From positions 62,001 through 126,000 of the forward strand of contig CT868050.1 of assembly GCA_000165425.1 (NCBI GenBank): DNA of 64,000 nt. Direction: 5' to 3'. Position 1 is the first letter of the stretch. Each line of letters begins with the position of its first letter. Of this stretch, positions 38,481 to 51,963 are shown piece by piece. The notes beneath the pieces were generated by a model, which saw nothing but the letters and a program-made list of their open reading frames with translations, had not been told where the DNA came from and did no database searches. Made by a program: the position numbers and the translations under genes. This stretch comes from Paramecium tetraurelia. Lineage: Eukaryota.

Positions 38481-39781
38481 ATGAACTATCTTTTGTTATT
38501 TCTGTACATTTACTAAAGTTCGATGCTTTCGATATTTACTTAGATTATGCCCATTTTACTGGCGGAACACGGATTCAATTATGAGTAGTAAGGCCTCTTC
38601 TCCTTGGTAGCCTATCCATTTTTCTTCAAGATCATATTTGCCCCCATCATCGACTTGTTTCACATTAGGTCCTTGGGGAGAAGAAGGAGGTATATTTTGA
38701 ATTGCAGTTAGTTACATCCTGCCATGCACAATATTGATGTCCTTCAATTTGTTTTGGTAGTCTAGTCTGGATATTCAACAAAACTACCTCCTTTTTTGTC
38801 TGATAGGCTTATTCAATGCCACATTTTTGGGGATGCAAGACATCGCCATAGATGGGTTCGCTGCAGACCTATGCAAAAAGTCCAACGAGAGTTCGGCTCA
38901 CATTTTGAACATGGGTTACACTATAGGTAGTTCCTTTTTGTCCAATTTCATTTTTCATTCTCTAAACAAATATCAACTTTGCTCCCTGTCTACCTATTTG
39001 AAAATGATGTCTGTGTTTGGGTTATTGATGGCAGTGTATCTTTTTTTAAAGGTCAAGGAGGAGCCAAACTCATAATAAATCAAAAAACTCACTGGATTCA
39101 GGCAAGTCATCAGAGGAATATTCGGCAATGAGAATTTGATTACTCTTTCTTTTCTCCTATTCTTTGACAGATACGGTGTGGCTCCAATCGAATCCACATT
39201 CAGAATCAAATTGACAGAGTTGAAATTCAACAAGGCCTACGTCTCATTTATGGATACAGCCATCCTCCCTTTGAAAATAGCCGTTGGATTTGTGTATCAC
39301 AAATATTTCAGTAAATACAACTTCGAATACTATGGGTATGTTCAAGGACTCAGATTAATATCTTGTCTCTTTGCAACCTTGACAGTTTTTCTGGTTGACG
39401 TGGTCAAAGTAAACGATACCATAAGCTACGTTGCATTGTTCATAGCAAGCACAACATGGTGGATAGTCTTCAATTTGACTTTCATCGTTAGAGTAAGAAT
39501 TATATGAGTATGGATAGGGCAATTTTTAAATGAAGATAATAACTCCAGGATATGAAGCCACAACTTTGGCTTTGATGAACAGTCTGGGATCCTTGGGAGG
39601 TAAGACTGGGTTCTCTTTGTGTATGTTTTTGACGGAGTATGTAAATTATTATTGTTTTGCTTGCTTTGCCTTGGTTGCCCAATTGCTATTCACTCTCAAA
39701 TCCATCAAGTTATATAAAAGGCTCTATCATGTTCCTTAGGAGAAGTATAGTATAATTAGATAGAACTTGAAATCAGAATGA
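38481..39781 (+). CDS. MFS transporter, SLC33A1/AT-1 family, copy 2
   Basis: SLVAYPFFFKIIFAPIIDLF...LGRRRSYILP, GMQDIAIDG, PGYEATTLALMNSLGSLG. Two introns; TGA at 39779-39781. Confidence 0.88.
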
Positions 39782-39869
39782 AGAGTAGATTTAATAGAAA
39801 TTAATTATAATATAATTGTCTTCATAATGGGAAATATAAATATTTTTTAAATTATTTAAATTATCAGGA

Positions 39870-42800
39870 ATGGCTTAAGATATATACAAATTACTGGTGC
39901 TGGCATACACATGTACAGACAATGCATTGCGAAAGGATGCTGAAGAATAGTTGATGAGTGGAGTAATTAAAAATATCTAAAATTTCTCATCGATTGCCTA
40001 GATTGCAAAGAGTCAGGACAACAGTAAATAATAAATTAATTAGAAAAGTGCAGAATTAGGCAGCCAGTTTGTTGAATTCAGTAGTTTTGAAGATGTTGTA
40101 AAACAATTGTATGAAATTTCGCACTTATTAATTTAGTTGAATTACAATTGGAACATGCACAGTTAGTTTTTGATGTGATCATATCACAACAGACCTCATT
40201 GAAGTGCAAGCAATTATTGTAAAAATCTATGAGTTTGTTGATTAAATAAAACAAAAGTAATGCACTTCATAATTAAACTGATTAGAGATTAAGCCAGAAA
40301 TCGAAAACAAAATGAAGTAATTGTTGAAGAGTGAACAATTATGGGAAGTGTAATCGGGATTATTTTTCTTTAAGACATTGATTGATTCTTTGGATTTGTC
40401 ATCCTATAACATAGTCTTAAATTAGGGATTAGATTGGATCAAAGACTTCTTCGACCTAATCTACCCACTATTCAAGAAGTGGGATGAACAATCAGCAGAC
40501 ATTACTGAAGAGTATATCCTCACTATCAAATATTACGCCTAGATTGTGTGTGAGTTTTGTGAGAAGATATTCAAATAAAAGGCTCATAATAAGGAATCAT
40601 TGATCCCACTCTAAACTATGATGTTTAAATTAACTTCATTCCAAATAACCTTATTTACCATTTTCAAATACTCCTCTCCAAATAATGTTATCCAAAGTTG
40701 CATCATCTCTTGCACTAACAATGAACAATTTGACAACAGAATAAACGAAGTGAAAATGTATGGATTCAAATGTCTCCAAATATTAATGAATTCCCTATTA
40801 AGCAAAAGTAAAAATGAATAAAGAAACAGTGTGTTTTACAATCAACAAGCCAATTTAAATTAGTTATTGTTGTACTCCATCTTTGCATACACCAGATAAG
40901 CCAAAATCCAAGACATTCTATAGTAAACACTAAGCTATAATTAGGAAACAATATCTGTCGAGTATCTTGAGTAGCATGCTCAGATTGCTGGCCCATTTAG
41001 GGGGACAGGCTGAATTGTACCCCTATTTCCAAGAATCCAAAGGCCTTTTGATTACTGACATCATCTATCCTTTTCTAATTACCACCAAGAGCGAGTATCA
41101 ATTAATGAAAGAGCACCCTGAGGAATTCGTCAACATTGCAATTGATGTTGTTGATAAACAAGAGTCAGATTTACCAAAAACAGCTGCCACAACTTTGCTT
41201 GAAAGCCTATGTGATCATATAGATGGATCAACATCCTACTTAGCATAAATGGCTATTGTTGTCATATCCTCTTCCATCTTAGAACTGTCACAGTCTCAAT
41301 TAACCAAATAATAACAACAAGTCATATTAACAGACATCTAACAGATATCTGATAAAAAACTATTCTAGGAATTTACTCCTGTGGATAGAATTGAAAGTAG
41401 TTTGATGATTTTGACAATTATAAGCTATCTAGTACAAAAAAGATATGATATCATATAATTGATGGAATAATTGTTATCATCGAATCTTGTGTTCTTCACT
41501 AACACAACTGAATAGATCATTAAGGTTAGGTTTGCCTTGTTTTTCGGTTATTATTGTGACAATTTATTTAAAGTGGAATCCCAATTTTCCCTTATGTTAA
41601 ACTACATACAATTACTGATATCTTATGCCAAGCCACAGGAGCCAGTTGTTTTGTATTAGTCCATTGATGCATTAAAGGATATCTTCGAGGATGATGAGTT
41701 GAAACATAAGACTGGAACTTTGGTGGTCAATGTGTTCCCATCCTTGATCAATGGATTGATATTCAGTACTTATGAAAGACATTTTGAGATGATAGGAAAT
41801 CTACTCAAGAAATTCCCCTCCATTTTCTTTGCAAACGAAAGTTACATTATCAACCTGGTTTAAATATTAGTACAACGCATAATCCAAGAAGAAACACTGG
41901 TTAAGAACAATAATGATTCTAATAGATACATTCATTTAAATAGATGTTGGAATGTCATCAGGTAATTACCAACGATCAATGAATTTTCACCTCTTCTTCT
42001 CAAAATCGAATAAGCCATGCAACCCATCTATCAATTGCTTGTCATCTAAGATAGCAGAATGAACTTGTATGAAGACTTGATTTTGTTCATCTCCTCAGTT
42101 ATCTAGAAACTATAAACAGTCTCTCAATTCCAAAAAGAAATCTTACCTTACTTTTCTCACGTCATCACCAAGCAATCTGGAAGATTCGTATACTTGTATG
42201 AAACACTAAATATGTACATGTATTATGGAAGAAGTTACTTCGTATAAGAGCAAGCACAACACATCTACTTCAACTTGTGTTTTCAAACTCTGATGCAAGA
42301 GGAAACTTTCGAAGACGTCGATTTGGCTGAGGGTGCACTTCTGATCTAATTAGGAATTCAAGTTCTACAGAATGATCTCAATTAAGCCATATTGGCTCAG
42401 GTGTTCTAAAATGTGCTCTAATTAATGGCGAAGGAGAGTGTCACTGGAATCATTCGTTCTAGAATTACATCCATCTTTTTGGTGGCTTTCTACTACATTC
42501 CCCAACAATCATATCAAATATTGGGTGATCTTTTTCAAAATGTATACCAAAAGGTCTTGATCACTCAATATCATCCAGGATATGACATCAAGTTGTTCAT
42601 AATTACAATTTGCAAATTAATCCAATCAACACCTTAATTGTTGAATACCGAATTGATTTAAGTAATCATTAGGAATTTGGAAAATCAGGAAAATGATGAG
42701 AAGCCTGATAAAACAGATTTTGAGTAATTTATTAATCTATTAAGTAGTGATGATATGATGGATGATGATGAGGAATAGGAGGAGATCTTGGAAGAGGAGG

Positions 42801-43102
42801 AACGACAGTAGGCCAAACAGCAGATTGAATAACTTAAGAGTGCTCTGAACAACATCGACGAATTCACGGTCTTTAGGAACACGATATTGGGTTTCAAGAC
42901 TTCGTAAGATTTACATTTCTAATGTTTTAGGCAACCCATGATTATTGAGATCATTAAACAAAATCTTGATCTTCCAAGTTAATAAAAATTAAACAATTAT
43001 TTAAAGTTTATGAGAATTGATAATAGTGAGAGTGCAAGAAAAGTAAGAGTTTCTATCTATTTTAAGGTGATGACAACTTCCAGAAGAAGATAAAATAAAT
43101 GA
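39870..43102 (+). CDS. Importin-beta family karyopherin (importin-7/8-like)
   Basis: N-terminal DNALRKDAEEQL (IBN_N-like); EYQLMKEHPEEFV...PKTAATTLLESLC; helical HEAT-like composition; acidic C-terminal patch. Confidence 0.8.
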
Positions 43103-43158
43103 AATAATTATTATATGTAAATAAATAGTTCTTTATTATTTATAAAAGTTATAAACAT

Positions 43159-44616
43159 ATGAAATACATTTAAATGGCTGATATCTTCGGAGTCCCATAT
43201 AGGTAATAGATTACTTTAGAAGAAAAAGTTTAGAAGTCTGTTCTTGGTGGAATAAGTTCTGTGATTGTAATCTTGGTTGGATTTGGTTACTTGATCTACG
43301 TCATGAATGAATGGATTAGTAGCAAGATTCTGCCTAAATCAACTAGTACTATGAAGGTTGATAATTATTCATAAATAATATTTGATAACGAATAGCTCTT
43401 TGAATTTTGTTATTGGAAATACGATCCTTCTTAAATCGATCCTTTTAGAATGAAACGTAACATATTAACTCCTGTTGGAATCTATTTCATAGATGGAATT
43501 CCACAAAAACCCTTCTCATTATTATAAGAAAATTAAAAACAATCAACTTATAATACCACTCTCATGAGCATTAATAATTTATCATTAATTCAAAATAGTA
43601 ATTTCAACAAAGAATTGAATGCAACTAAAGAACTCATGATTGTTATCACATCTTGCAACTAAACTTTGATGAATGAAGGCTATGAATGTGCATCGCAAGA
43701 GGAAATTCAAGATTTCTTTAGGTCATCCGTTAATTATATAAGTTTTTGGTTGAATTTGAAATAGTATGATCCTTATAGCCAATAATTTGAAGTGGTAAAA
43801 AAGTAATACTACCTATCCTTTGATTATGAGATTGCTCAATAAGGTCAATTGATTCTTACACAAACAAAAGCCACAATTGATACTGGAATTCTCTTTGGAA
43901 AATATTACTCAAAAAGCTATGTGTACAATGCCTAGTTGGTAACAAGTGCAACATCCAAAAACTTTTGGTCGACACTATTGGTTTAGTAATCCTACTTCAA
44001 TTTGTTCGTCCGATTGGACCCAATGTCCTATGACATATAAATCGTGTATCCAAAGTTAGGAGAAATTCTAGCCCAAGTTGGGTCTATCATAAGCATGTTG
44101 ATGATCATTCAATATGGAATATAACATTATAATGAGTGGCTGTTAGATTGCAATTTCATAGACAAGGTTTTGAGGTTTTATTTTATTGATTATGTATAAT
44201 TAAAGCAATCTAAAAACAAAGTGGATAAAGAAACTTGTTAAGAACTAATCCAATCAGCACGGAAGAAACTAGTATACACGAACGTCATTTACGAGCTATC
44301 AAGAATACAACTATTTTTATTGCACCATTTTGGACGGACTTCTTTAGAATAAACTCATCATCTTGGTCTGTATGCTAGAGGGGATTTCAAGCCAAGTTGT
44401 GATATGTATGAGAAATTCATTACGATTCCGAAAACTGAAATAGAAAAGCAACATGTTTAGTTCGATATGAATAGAGCAGATTTTAATTTATTATGTAGAG
44501 CCAAGTCAAGGACGATGATTTTAGGAGGGAATAGTAATAATTAAGGAAGCTCAGCTGCTATTGATAACGTATTTTCAGAAGTCAAAAGTTCCTCGTTGAA
44601 ATCAATTAAAACATGA
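43159..44616 (+). CDS. Two-TM protein with large extracellular loop (ciliate 'DIFG...GG' family), channel-like topology
   Basis: Intronless, 485 aa. ADIFGVPY...KSVLGGISSVIVILVGFGYLIYVM (TM1); YECASQEEI; VRLDP...IVYPKLGEILAQVGSIISMLMIIQYGI (TM2). Confidence 0.8.
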
Positions 44617-44651
44617 TATATTATTATAAAAATTATTATTTAAAATTGAGA

Positions 44652-46136
44652 ATGCATTAACGGGAAAGAAGAAGAATATATTCATTATAAAACAGAGAAC
44701 CAATAAATCTACCAAAATACCATATAGATGTCTCAATGGATAACTTACAAAAGCGAAAGATATCAACTAATGAGTTACCATAATTGATATAAAACAAAAT
44801 GCAAATGATAAATTACACAAATTCTATGCAATTGCAACTAAAAACAAAATATGAGCAATTATCAATGAAGATTTTGAAGGAACCCTACAAAGCGACCAAT
44901 AGCAAATAAAGAATTATTCCCAATCATTTAATGTTGCAATAAAAAATCCAAGATATCACAATATCAGATAGCATCAAAAATAAATAGTTGGACACTGATA
45001 AAACAATAATCAAGGGAATAGTTATGCTTCCAGCTCAGAATGATCAATAGTACACAATTCCAGTATCAAGGTAGGGCAGTCGAGTGGTGAAGTATGATCA
45101 TTATGGACTGGTGTTTGGAGGACATTCCCATAGAGAAAATATTGAGATTCATGCCATTTCATTATTGAATGGGTAATGGAAAAGGAAGCAGGAGTGTTAT
45201 TATTCGTAGATAGAATAATTGAAATAAAAATAGATTGCAAATCCTAATTTGAGATTAGGATGTTATTTTAGTTTAAACATTGATGAAAATAAGACAATAT
45301 ATGCTTTTGGAGGAGAGAAAAATACAAATAATAGAAAAACTACAAATGTAATCACCAAAATATGTCTAGAAGGGGATCGATTAGAATGGCAATAATTTCA
45401 AACTTCAATTGGGTGTCGTAGAAATCATAGTGGAATTTATACGCACAATCATCTCCTTGTTGTAGGAGGTATAGATTGTAGTGATTTTATCACAAAATAT
45501 TATAATGATTTCTAATTGATCAATTTGTCTAAAATGCAATCTAGTCAATTTCACCCGAAGTTTTATAAAAAGTAAGTTCTTTAAAACGATCATCCCTTTA
45601 AATTGGGTATAGCCTATCATAGTGCAACCTTAGTGGGTAATCCCTTTTTGAGACTGAATTATGATTTCTCTTAGATAGCAAAAAAGGAGGAATAGGTCGA
45701 TCAATTATTCACGAAAGAAGGCATATATATTTTTGGAGGTAAAGATAGCGAAGACAATCTATATAGCGAGTTATATTAGATGGTTATTGACACTTACCCA
45801 ATAGTTGTTTAGATAGTGGAGACTCTGGGTTAGAAGCCTCCTAGTCGAAGATCCCATAGTATGAATTATGACGAGAAGATAAGTGCGTTGTTGTTATTTG
45901 GTGGGACAAACGAGGTTCAATGTTTTGGAGATTTGCATATATTGCTTCTCAAGAATTACACTTGGTAGAAAGTGCAATTGCAGGGGTATTTGGAGTATCC
46001 ATTCAGATATGAGCATTGTAGTGTTTTTAACGAGGATAAGTTGATTGTTTTTGGAGGCTTAAACCAGGATGGATTTTTAATGTATAACCCAATTACAATC
46101 TAAGTTAAGTTTAAAATAATTCAAAAGCATAACTGA
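44652..46136 (+). CDS. Kelch-repeat protein
   Basis: IYAFGGE, RRNHSG...LLVVGGID, IAYHSATLV, IYIFGGKD, PPSRRSHS...LLLFGGT...W, RYEHCS...LIVFGGL. Ends are approximate. Confidence 0.85.
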
Positions 46137-46183
46137 ATCTATTTAATATATTTTTATTTTAGTAAACAAACCATTTTAAATTT

Positions 46184-47545
46184 ATGTAAATAAAGAAAGT
46201 CAGTTGTTTTGGAGCAGGCTATGTGGGAGGACCAACGATGGCTGTGATGGCTTCTAAATGCCCAGAACAGACCTTCATTGTTTATGATATAAATGAATAG
46301 TAAATTTAAAAGTGGAACAGCAAACAATATCCAGTTTACGAGGAAAATTTGGATGAGTATGTGAATAAAACAATACACAAAAATTTAATATTCACTAGTG
46401 ACATTGATCTTGCTTTGAAGGATTGCGATATTGCATTTTTGGCAGTCAATACTCCAAGTAAAACTTATGGGTTGGGAGCTGAATCTCAATTAGATATATC
46501 CTATATAGATAGCTGCCTTCAAAGCATAAAGAAATACCCATTGACTAAGAAATTGATATTGGTTGAAAAATCAACCGTTCCCATAAAAACTGCTGATTAT
46601 ATCAATGCGGTATTATAGAATTTGAATATTTGTGTTTTGTCTAATCCTGAATTTTTGGCTGAGGGCACTGCAATCTAAGATCTTCTTTCTCCAGACAGAG
46701 TGATTATTGGTGGGCCTTTGGAATCTAGTAAGTAGCTTGCTTCATTGTATGAATAATGGGTACAAAAAGACAAGATCATTTTCACAAATATTTATTCAGC
46801 AGAATTGAGTAAAATTGTTGCCAATTCTTTCCTGGCTCAAAGAGTGTCTTCAATCAACAGTATATCCATAATTTGTGATAAAATTGGAGCAGATGTCAAT
46901 GAAAGTAAAATAAATAGATTCTATATGTTTATTAGTTTCATAATGCGTTGGAAGTGATAGTCGAATTGGTAATAAGTTTTTGAAGTCATCTGTCGGATTT
47001 GGTGGATCTTGTCTAAAGAAAGACTTGCTTTGTCTAATTTACTTGTGTGAATCTCTCCAATTGGATGAGGTAGCACAATACTGGAGATAGGTTTATCTAC
47101 TAAATGAATTTCAAAAACAAAGATTTATCAATTTAATTATCAGTTCCATGTTTAACTGTTTGAGGAATAAAGTCATAGTGATTTTGGGGGTAACATTTAA
47201 GGCCAAGACCAATGATACCAGAGAGAGTGCTGCTTTGCTGATTATTAAAAAGCTACAAGAGGAATAGGCAATACTAAGGATTTATGATCCTCAAGGGAAG
47301 ATAGACAAGTTGGAGCAATGTTAGAGTTTGGATGGCATCTTTAAAGGGGCTTCTGCATTAGTGATACTAACTGAATGGGAAGAGTAATGTTATGTTTGCA
47401 TATAAATAGATTTACAAAAATAGATTATGTTGAGGCTTTTAATCAAATGGCTAAACCTGCATATTGTTTTGATGGCAGGAACCTGTTGTAAAGTGATTTG
47501 ATGAAGTCAATTGGATTTCTATATTACGGGTTAGGGAGAGTCTGA
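46184..47545 (+). CDS. UGDH: UDP-glucose 6-dehydrogenase
   Basis: [84 protein letters not shown]. Confidence 0.97.
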
Positions 47546-47597
47546 TGTTGAAAATAGAGGTATCAAAAATGATTTAAATATATAAAAATAATCATTA

Positions 47598-49286
47598 ATG
47601 TCTGAGGAACAACAGTAATATTGGCCCATTTTCACGGAGTAGGATGAAACCAAAACATTCTGGAATAAGAAACCCTCCAATTTGGACAAATAGGCTATTA
47701 TCTATCAGCAGCCTATGTAGAGAATTAGTTGGAAAAGTAACAAGCCTACTGAATATGAATTTTTATTGAGTGAGGAAGGCGTGCTGTTTTATAAACAAAG
47801 TAATAAGATCAAGGGATATGTGTAATTAAACGAAGACATCAGTCTGAAATTGATTGATCTCAAGATCTCAAGCAAGAAAACAGAGGCTGTTAAGGTCATT
47901 AGGATTAAGAGAACTAAGGACATCTTTCTATACATATGGAATAAGGATTAGTACTTTATAGCCCCATTCTTAATTTTAGTTCGTATACTTTTCAGTTTCT
48001 GAAACATTTATGTTAATTCTGTTTTGTTCAAAATTTGGATCAGTTGTACACTATGCAAGATGTGATAGGAAAAGGCGGATTCTCCAAAGTGTATACTCTA
48101 ACTCCCAATATCCGACTACCTAACCAGCCCTTCAATTATGCAGGCAAGGTCTATAATAAAAACGAATTGTTATCTAAAAAGGACCTTAAAAAGTTTTATC
48201 ACTTTATTCGAAACGAGTGTTATGTGCTAAAAAGAATCAATTTCCCTTACGTACTCAAATTATGCGAAATTATACAAATGGAGGAACTCCTAAGTATTAA
48301 TGTAATGTATACCAATTTAGTCTTAGTAACTGAATATATCAAAGGAGGATCCCTGTATCAATACTTGAAAGAGAGAAAGCAACTGACAGAAATGGAATCT
48401 ATCCAGATCTTGCAGAAACTGGCATTAGGCTTGCAATAAGTTCACAAGTATTAGACCCTTTTTCTATTCTTTAAGTCTGGGGTATGTTCATCGAGACATT
48501 AAGTTGGAGAATGTGCTTATCGATAAAGATTAGTTGAAATTGATAGATTTTGGATTTGCAGAGAAAATATGCAGAGACAGACTGGTCAACGGTCAAGGAA
48601 CAGCTGGTTACATTGCACCCGAAGTGTTTATGAAGTAACCATACCAAGAAGTAGGTGACATCTTTAGTTTAGGAGTGATATTCTATTCATTGTTATCTGG
48701 TAAGGCTCCATTTAGATCAAATACTTATGATGCCTTACTTAAATTGAACAAGGAATGTCAAATCGATTTTTCAGAATAAAGATTCCAGAATGTCAGCCAA
48801 AAAACTATGCATCTGTTAAAAGCTATGTTATAAAAACAACCAGAAAACAGAATCAATGTTTAAGATCTCTTAAATCAACTCACTGCTAATTAGATCTTCT
48901 CTCCTTCTCATAACATTCCTTCAACGTAATCAATTGTAGAGGGCTCTGTTGGCATAAGCTTTAATCATTTGCAATCAAAAAACACTCTAAAATCCTTTTA
49001 TCAACATAGTCAAAATTCATTTATTGACAACAGTAGTTAATGTTCTTAAAAAAAACCATCAAAAAACCTTAGGGATAGACGATATAAGAGTCAGAGCATG
49101 GATAAAAAGGGTATGCTTTTGAAATCATCCTCTTTCAAACCATCGCTTAAGAGCATTTATCAAATTAAAATTGAGCAGTCCGATGATAACATTTCAATAG
49201 CAGATTATGAGTTACCAATACCAGAGGTTAGTCTTCAATTTCTCTAAACTTCTTATCAAACACTAAATCGCTAAAAGTTTATTTGA
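47598..49286 (+). CDS. Ser/Thr protein kinase, CAMK-group-like, with possible N-terminal PH-like region
   Basis: IGKGGFSKV, YAGK, HRDIKLENVL, IDFGFA, GTAGYIAPE, DIFSLG. Short introns; TGA at 49284-49286. Confidence 0.93.
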
Positions 49287-49312
49287 TTTTTATAACAATA
49301 TGTATTTATATA

Positions 49313-51397
49313 TCATAAATAATAGTATTCTCCATTGAATTCCATATTTTTGAATTTATTCTTGACATCCCCCAAGTTGTATTCTTTGAATGAATCCAAG
49401 ACGTTTTCAAATTTGCGATCCCCTAAAAATATTGATTATATTTACTTTTGGTTAATAAATACAAAATGAGCCTCAAGATGTCCAATATATTGGGGTTCTC
49501 CTTAATAATCTTCAAACTATAAACTTCCTTGATCAATTTAATGGTCAATTAATAATCATCCAACTGACTATCCTCTTTCCCTTTGTCTTAAAAATAAAAC
49601 AAATCAAAAATATTGCTCAGGTTGATGCAATTCCTTACAATAAAGAAACTACTGATTTCGGTGTTGTAAAATACAAAGCTCAAAATTTACGATAAATACA
49701 AAACGTTACTGTAATACTCGTCTCTTCTCATTTTGCTCATACAACAGATTTATTTGAAATTGTAACCTAAAGATGTTTTTTATTCTTTGTCATAAGCAGT
49801 GGCTAAAATGAGTTCCAGCATCTTTTTGGAATGAATAACGGCAGGTTTAACATTCAATTAAGTACATAATATTGCCATTGATTGAGTCATTCTCTAAACT
49901 GTGGGATGAAATAATTTAATATAGTAAATGAACAGTCCACTTACAGTTTATTAATATATAGTTTTGCATATTAATTCAAAATCTTATAAAGACTCGTAGT
50001 ATTACAGTTCAATTTAATCTTCAAAAATGTAGGCTTGGTAGTAATTGGACAAGTCAAACATATCAATAAAAAATTTGGACAATTGGATTTAATTAGTTTC
50101 TAAATTTTTAAAAAGTTCTTTTTTATGAAATTTCTTTAACAACTTTCTGGCAGATTTAAATGTTATAAGAGAACTCGAGTAATTGTCCTTCCTCTGGAAT
50201 TCTTGTATGAATTTGACCACAGAATCAGTTGCCTTTTCCAAAATTACATCATTAATTTTAACAGTCTACGATAACGTCTAAGAGTTCATCAATATCCTCT
50301 TGATTTATGTCTCCTCCTCTATGTACTTCTCATCAATCTTATACTCCAAATATTGGTTCAATTGCACTCTCTACAATTTATGGAATATTTTTGGATGATC
50401 ACACTTGATTTCATGTAGAATGTCAATCAATACAAAGTCCACTTACAATTAATCATACGGCACCAGTTGATTGCAGATTGGGCATTTCCATCTATTCTCA
50501 TTCGGCTTTTCATTCATTGTCAAATAGGCATTCAATTCAAAACAATCAAAATGTAAGCACTATTTCCCTCGAACTGGAATCTCCAGTTACTACATCGTAA
50601 TTCCATCAATTAATTTTACTGAAAACAATGAATCCTAAAGAGTGTCATCAACCACTAATACTTATATGAATTGCATTACATGACAATGATTTAATCTTAT
50701 CTTGATATTATTACTTTTATTAAGTAATAATGGAGTCTATTATTTTCTCTCTCCCCACATCTATTAGTTTACTCTTTAATTCAGATATTTTAATACTTTT
50801 AACTATTACTATACCAAGTAGAGAATTGCTTTCTACATCTTCTCCAACTTTCACTTTTATTGTATTTGCTCCCCATTAGATACAAGTGGATGGTCTAAAA
50901 TTATAATATTTTTAATTAGATAAACATAAATCCATAATCGTTTATATGATATGCTATGTGATGTTGGTTGTTCAATTCAACATACACATTTTTGCTTGGC
51001 CACTCATACAATTTTTTTGGTTCTTTTGTTTTAGTACAAAATATTGCAAGGATTATCGATTTCTTCTTAAGTTCTTCATAATACTAATTCACTTCAAATG
51101 TGAACACCTTCTCTAGTAATTAGGCAGGTTTCTTAATTATAGCAACATTAAATTTATTGTTTAGCTTAATAAATGTCTAATATTCTTAGTGAAAATTTAC
51201 TTCGAATTGCATCTAGGGATTATTCGCAGTTAATGAGCATTGGAGGCATCGAAGTTACGATGGTTATTTATCTGTTATTTGATAATCATAGCACTGCCAA
51301 TGATGATTCTTATGACAAACGTAACAGATAAAACTATCTAAGATGTTATTTTATTCACAATAGCATTATTTTTACATTTAATTAATATTTTACCCAT
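49313..51397 (-). CDS. SP-RING (MIZ) zinc-finger protein, SIZ/PIAS-like SUMO E3 ligase
   Basis: IPVRGKQCLHFDCFELNAYL...RWKCPICNQ. N-terminal CYC...CYVCHKNHHWQC...RCLQC is PHD-like. Confidence 0.87.
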
Positions 51398-51963
51398 TAA
51401 TTAGCGAATGAAGAATAAATTTAAACAATTAACTTTACTAATATTTAGTTACAAAGGCAATTAAATATTTATTATACTAAATCTGCTAATATTAAATTAA
51501 AAAATATATATATGTTTAATATTTATGTAATGGAGATTTCTCGAAGACACTTCAATTATTCATGGATCCCTATATTCTCAAAGAAAATCAAGTTATCTCT
51601 ATTTTTATTCTAAATATACATCGAAATTTGTTTTATATATAAAATAATTATGAATTGAAGTTAATTATGTATGGTTTAATCTATTGCTATTGATTATTTT
51701 AGCATTAGAACTTAACTTTGAATATTATTTAAGGATAAAATTTAACTTGGAGAGGTTTTGATCTGATATCATAACATATTTTAAAATCTTCTTCATAATT
51801 GATATCTTGTATTCTCTTTAACAATTTTATTTAAAATTATAAATCAAAATAAAGAAATGTTTAGAAAAGCTAAAATAATGAATGAAAAATTTTGATAAAT
51901 AATGACTAATATATAATTAAATGTTATTTTATTGCATTTTGGATATGAAGATAATTATGGTTA

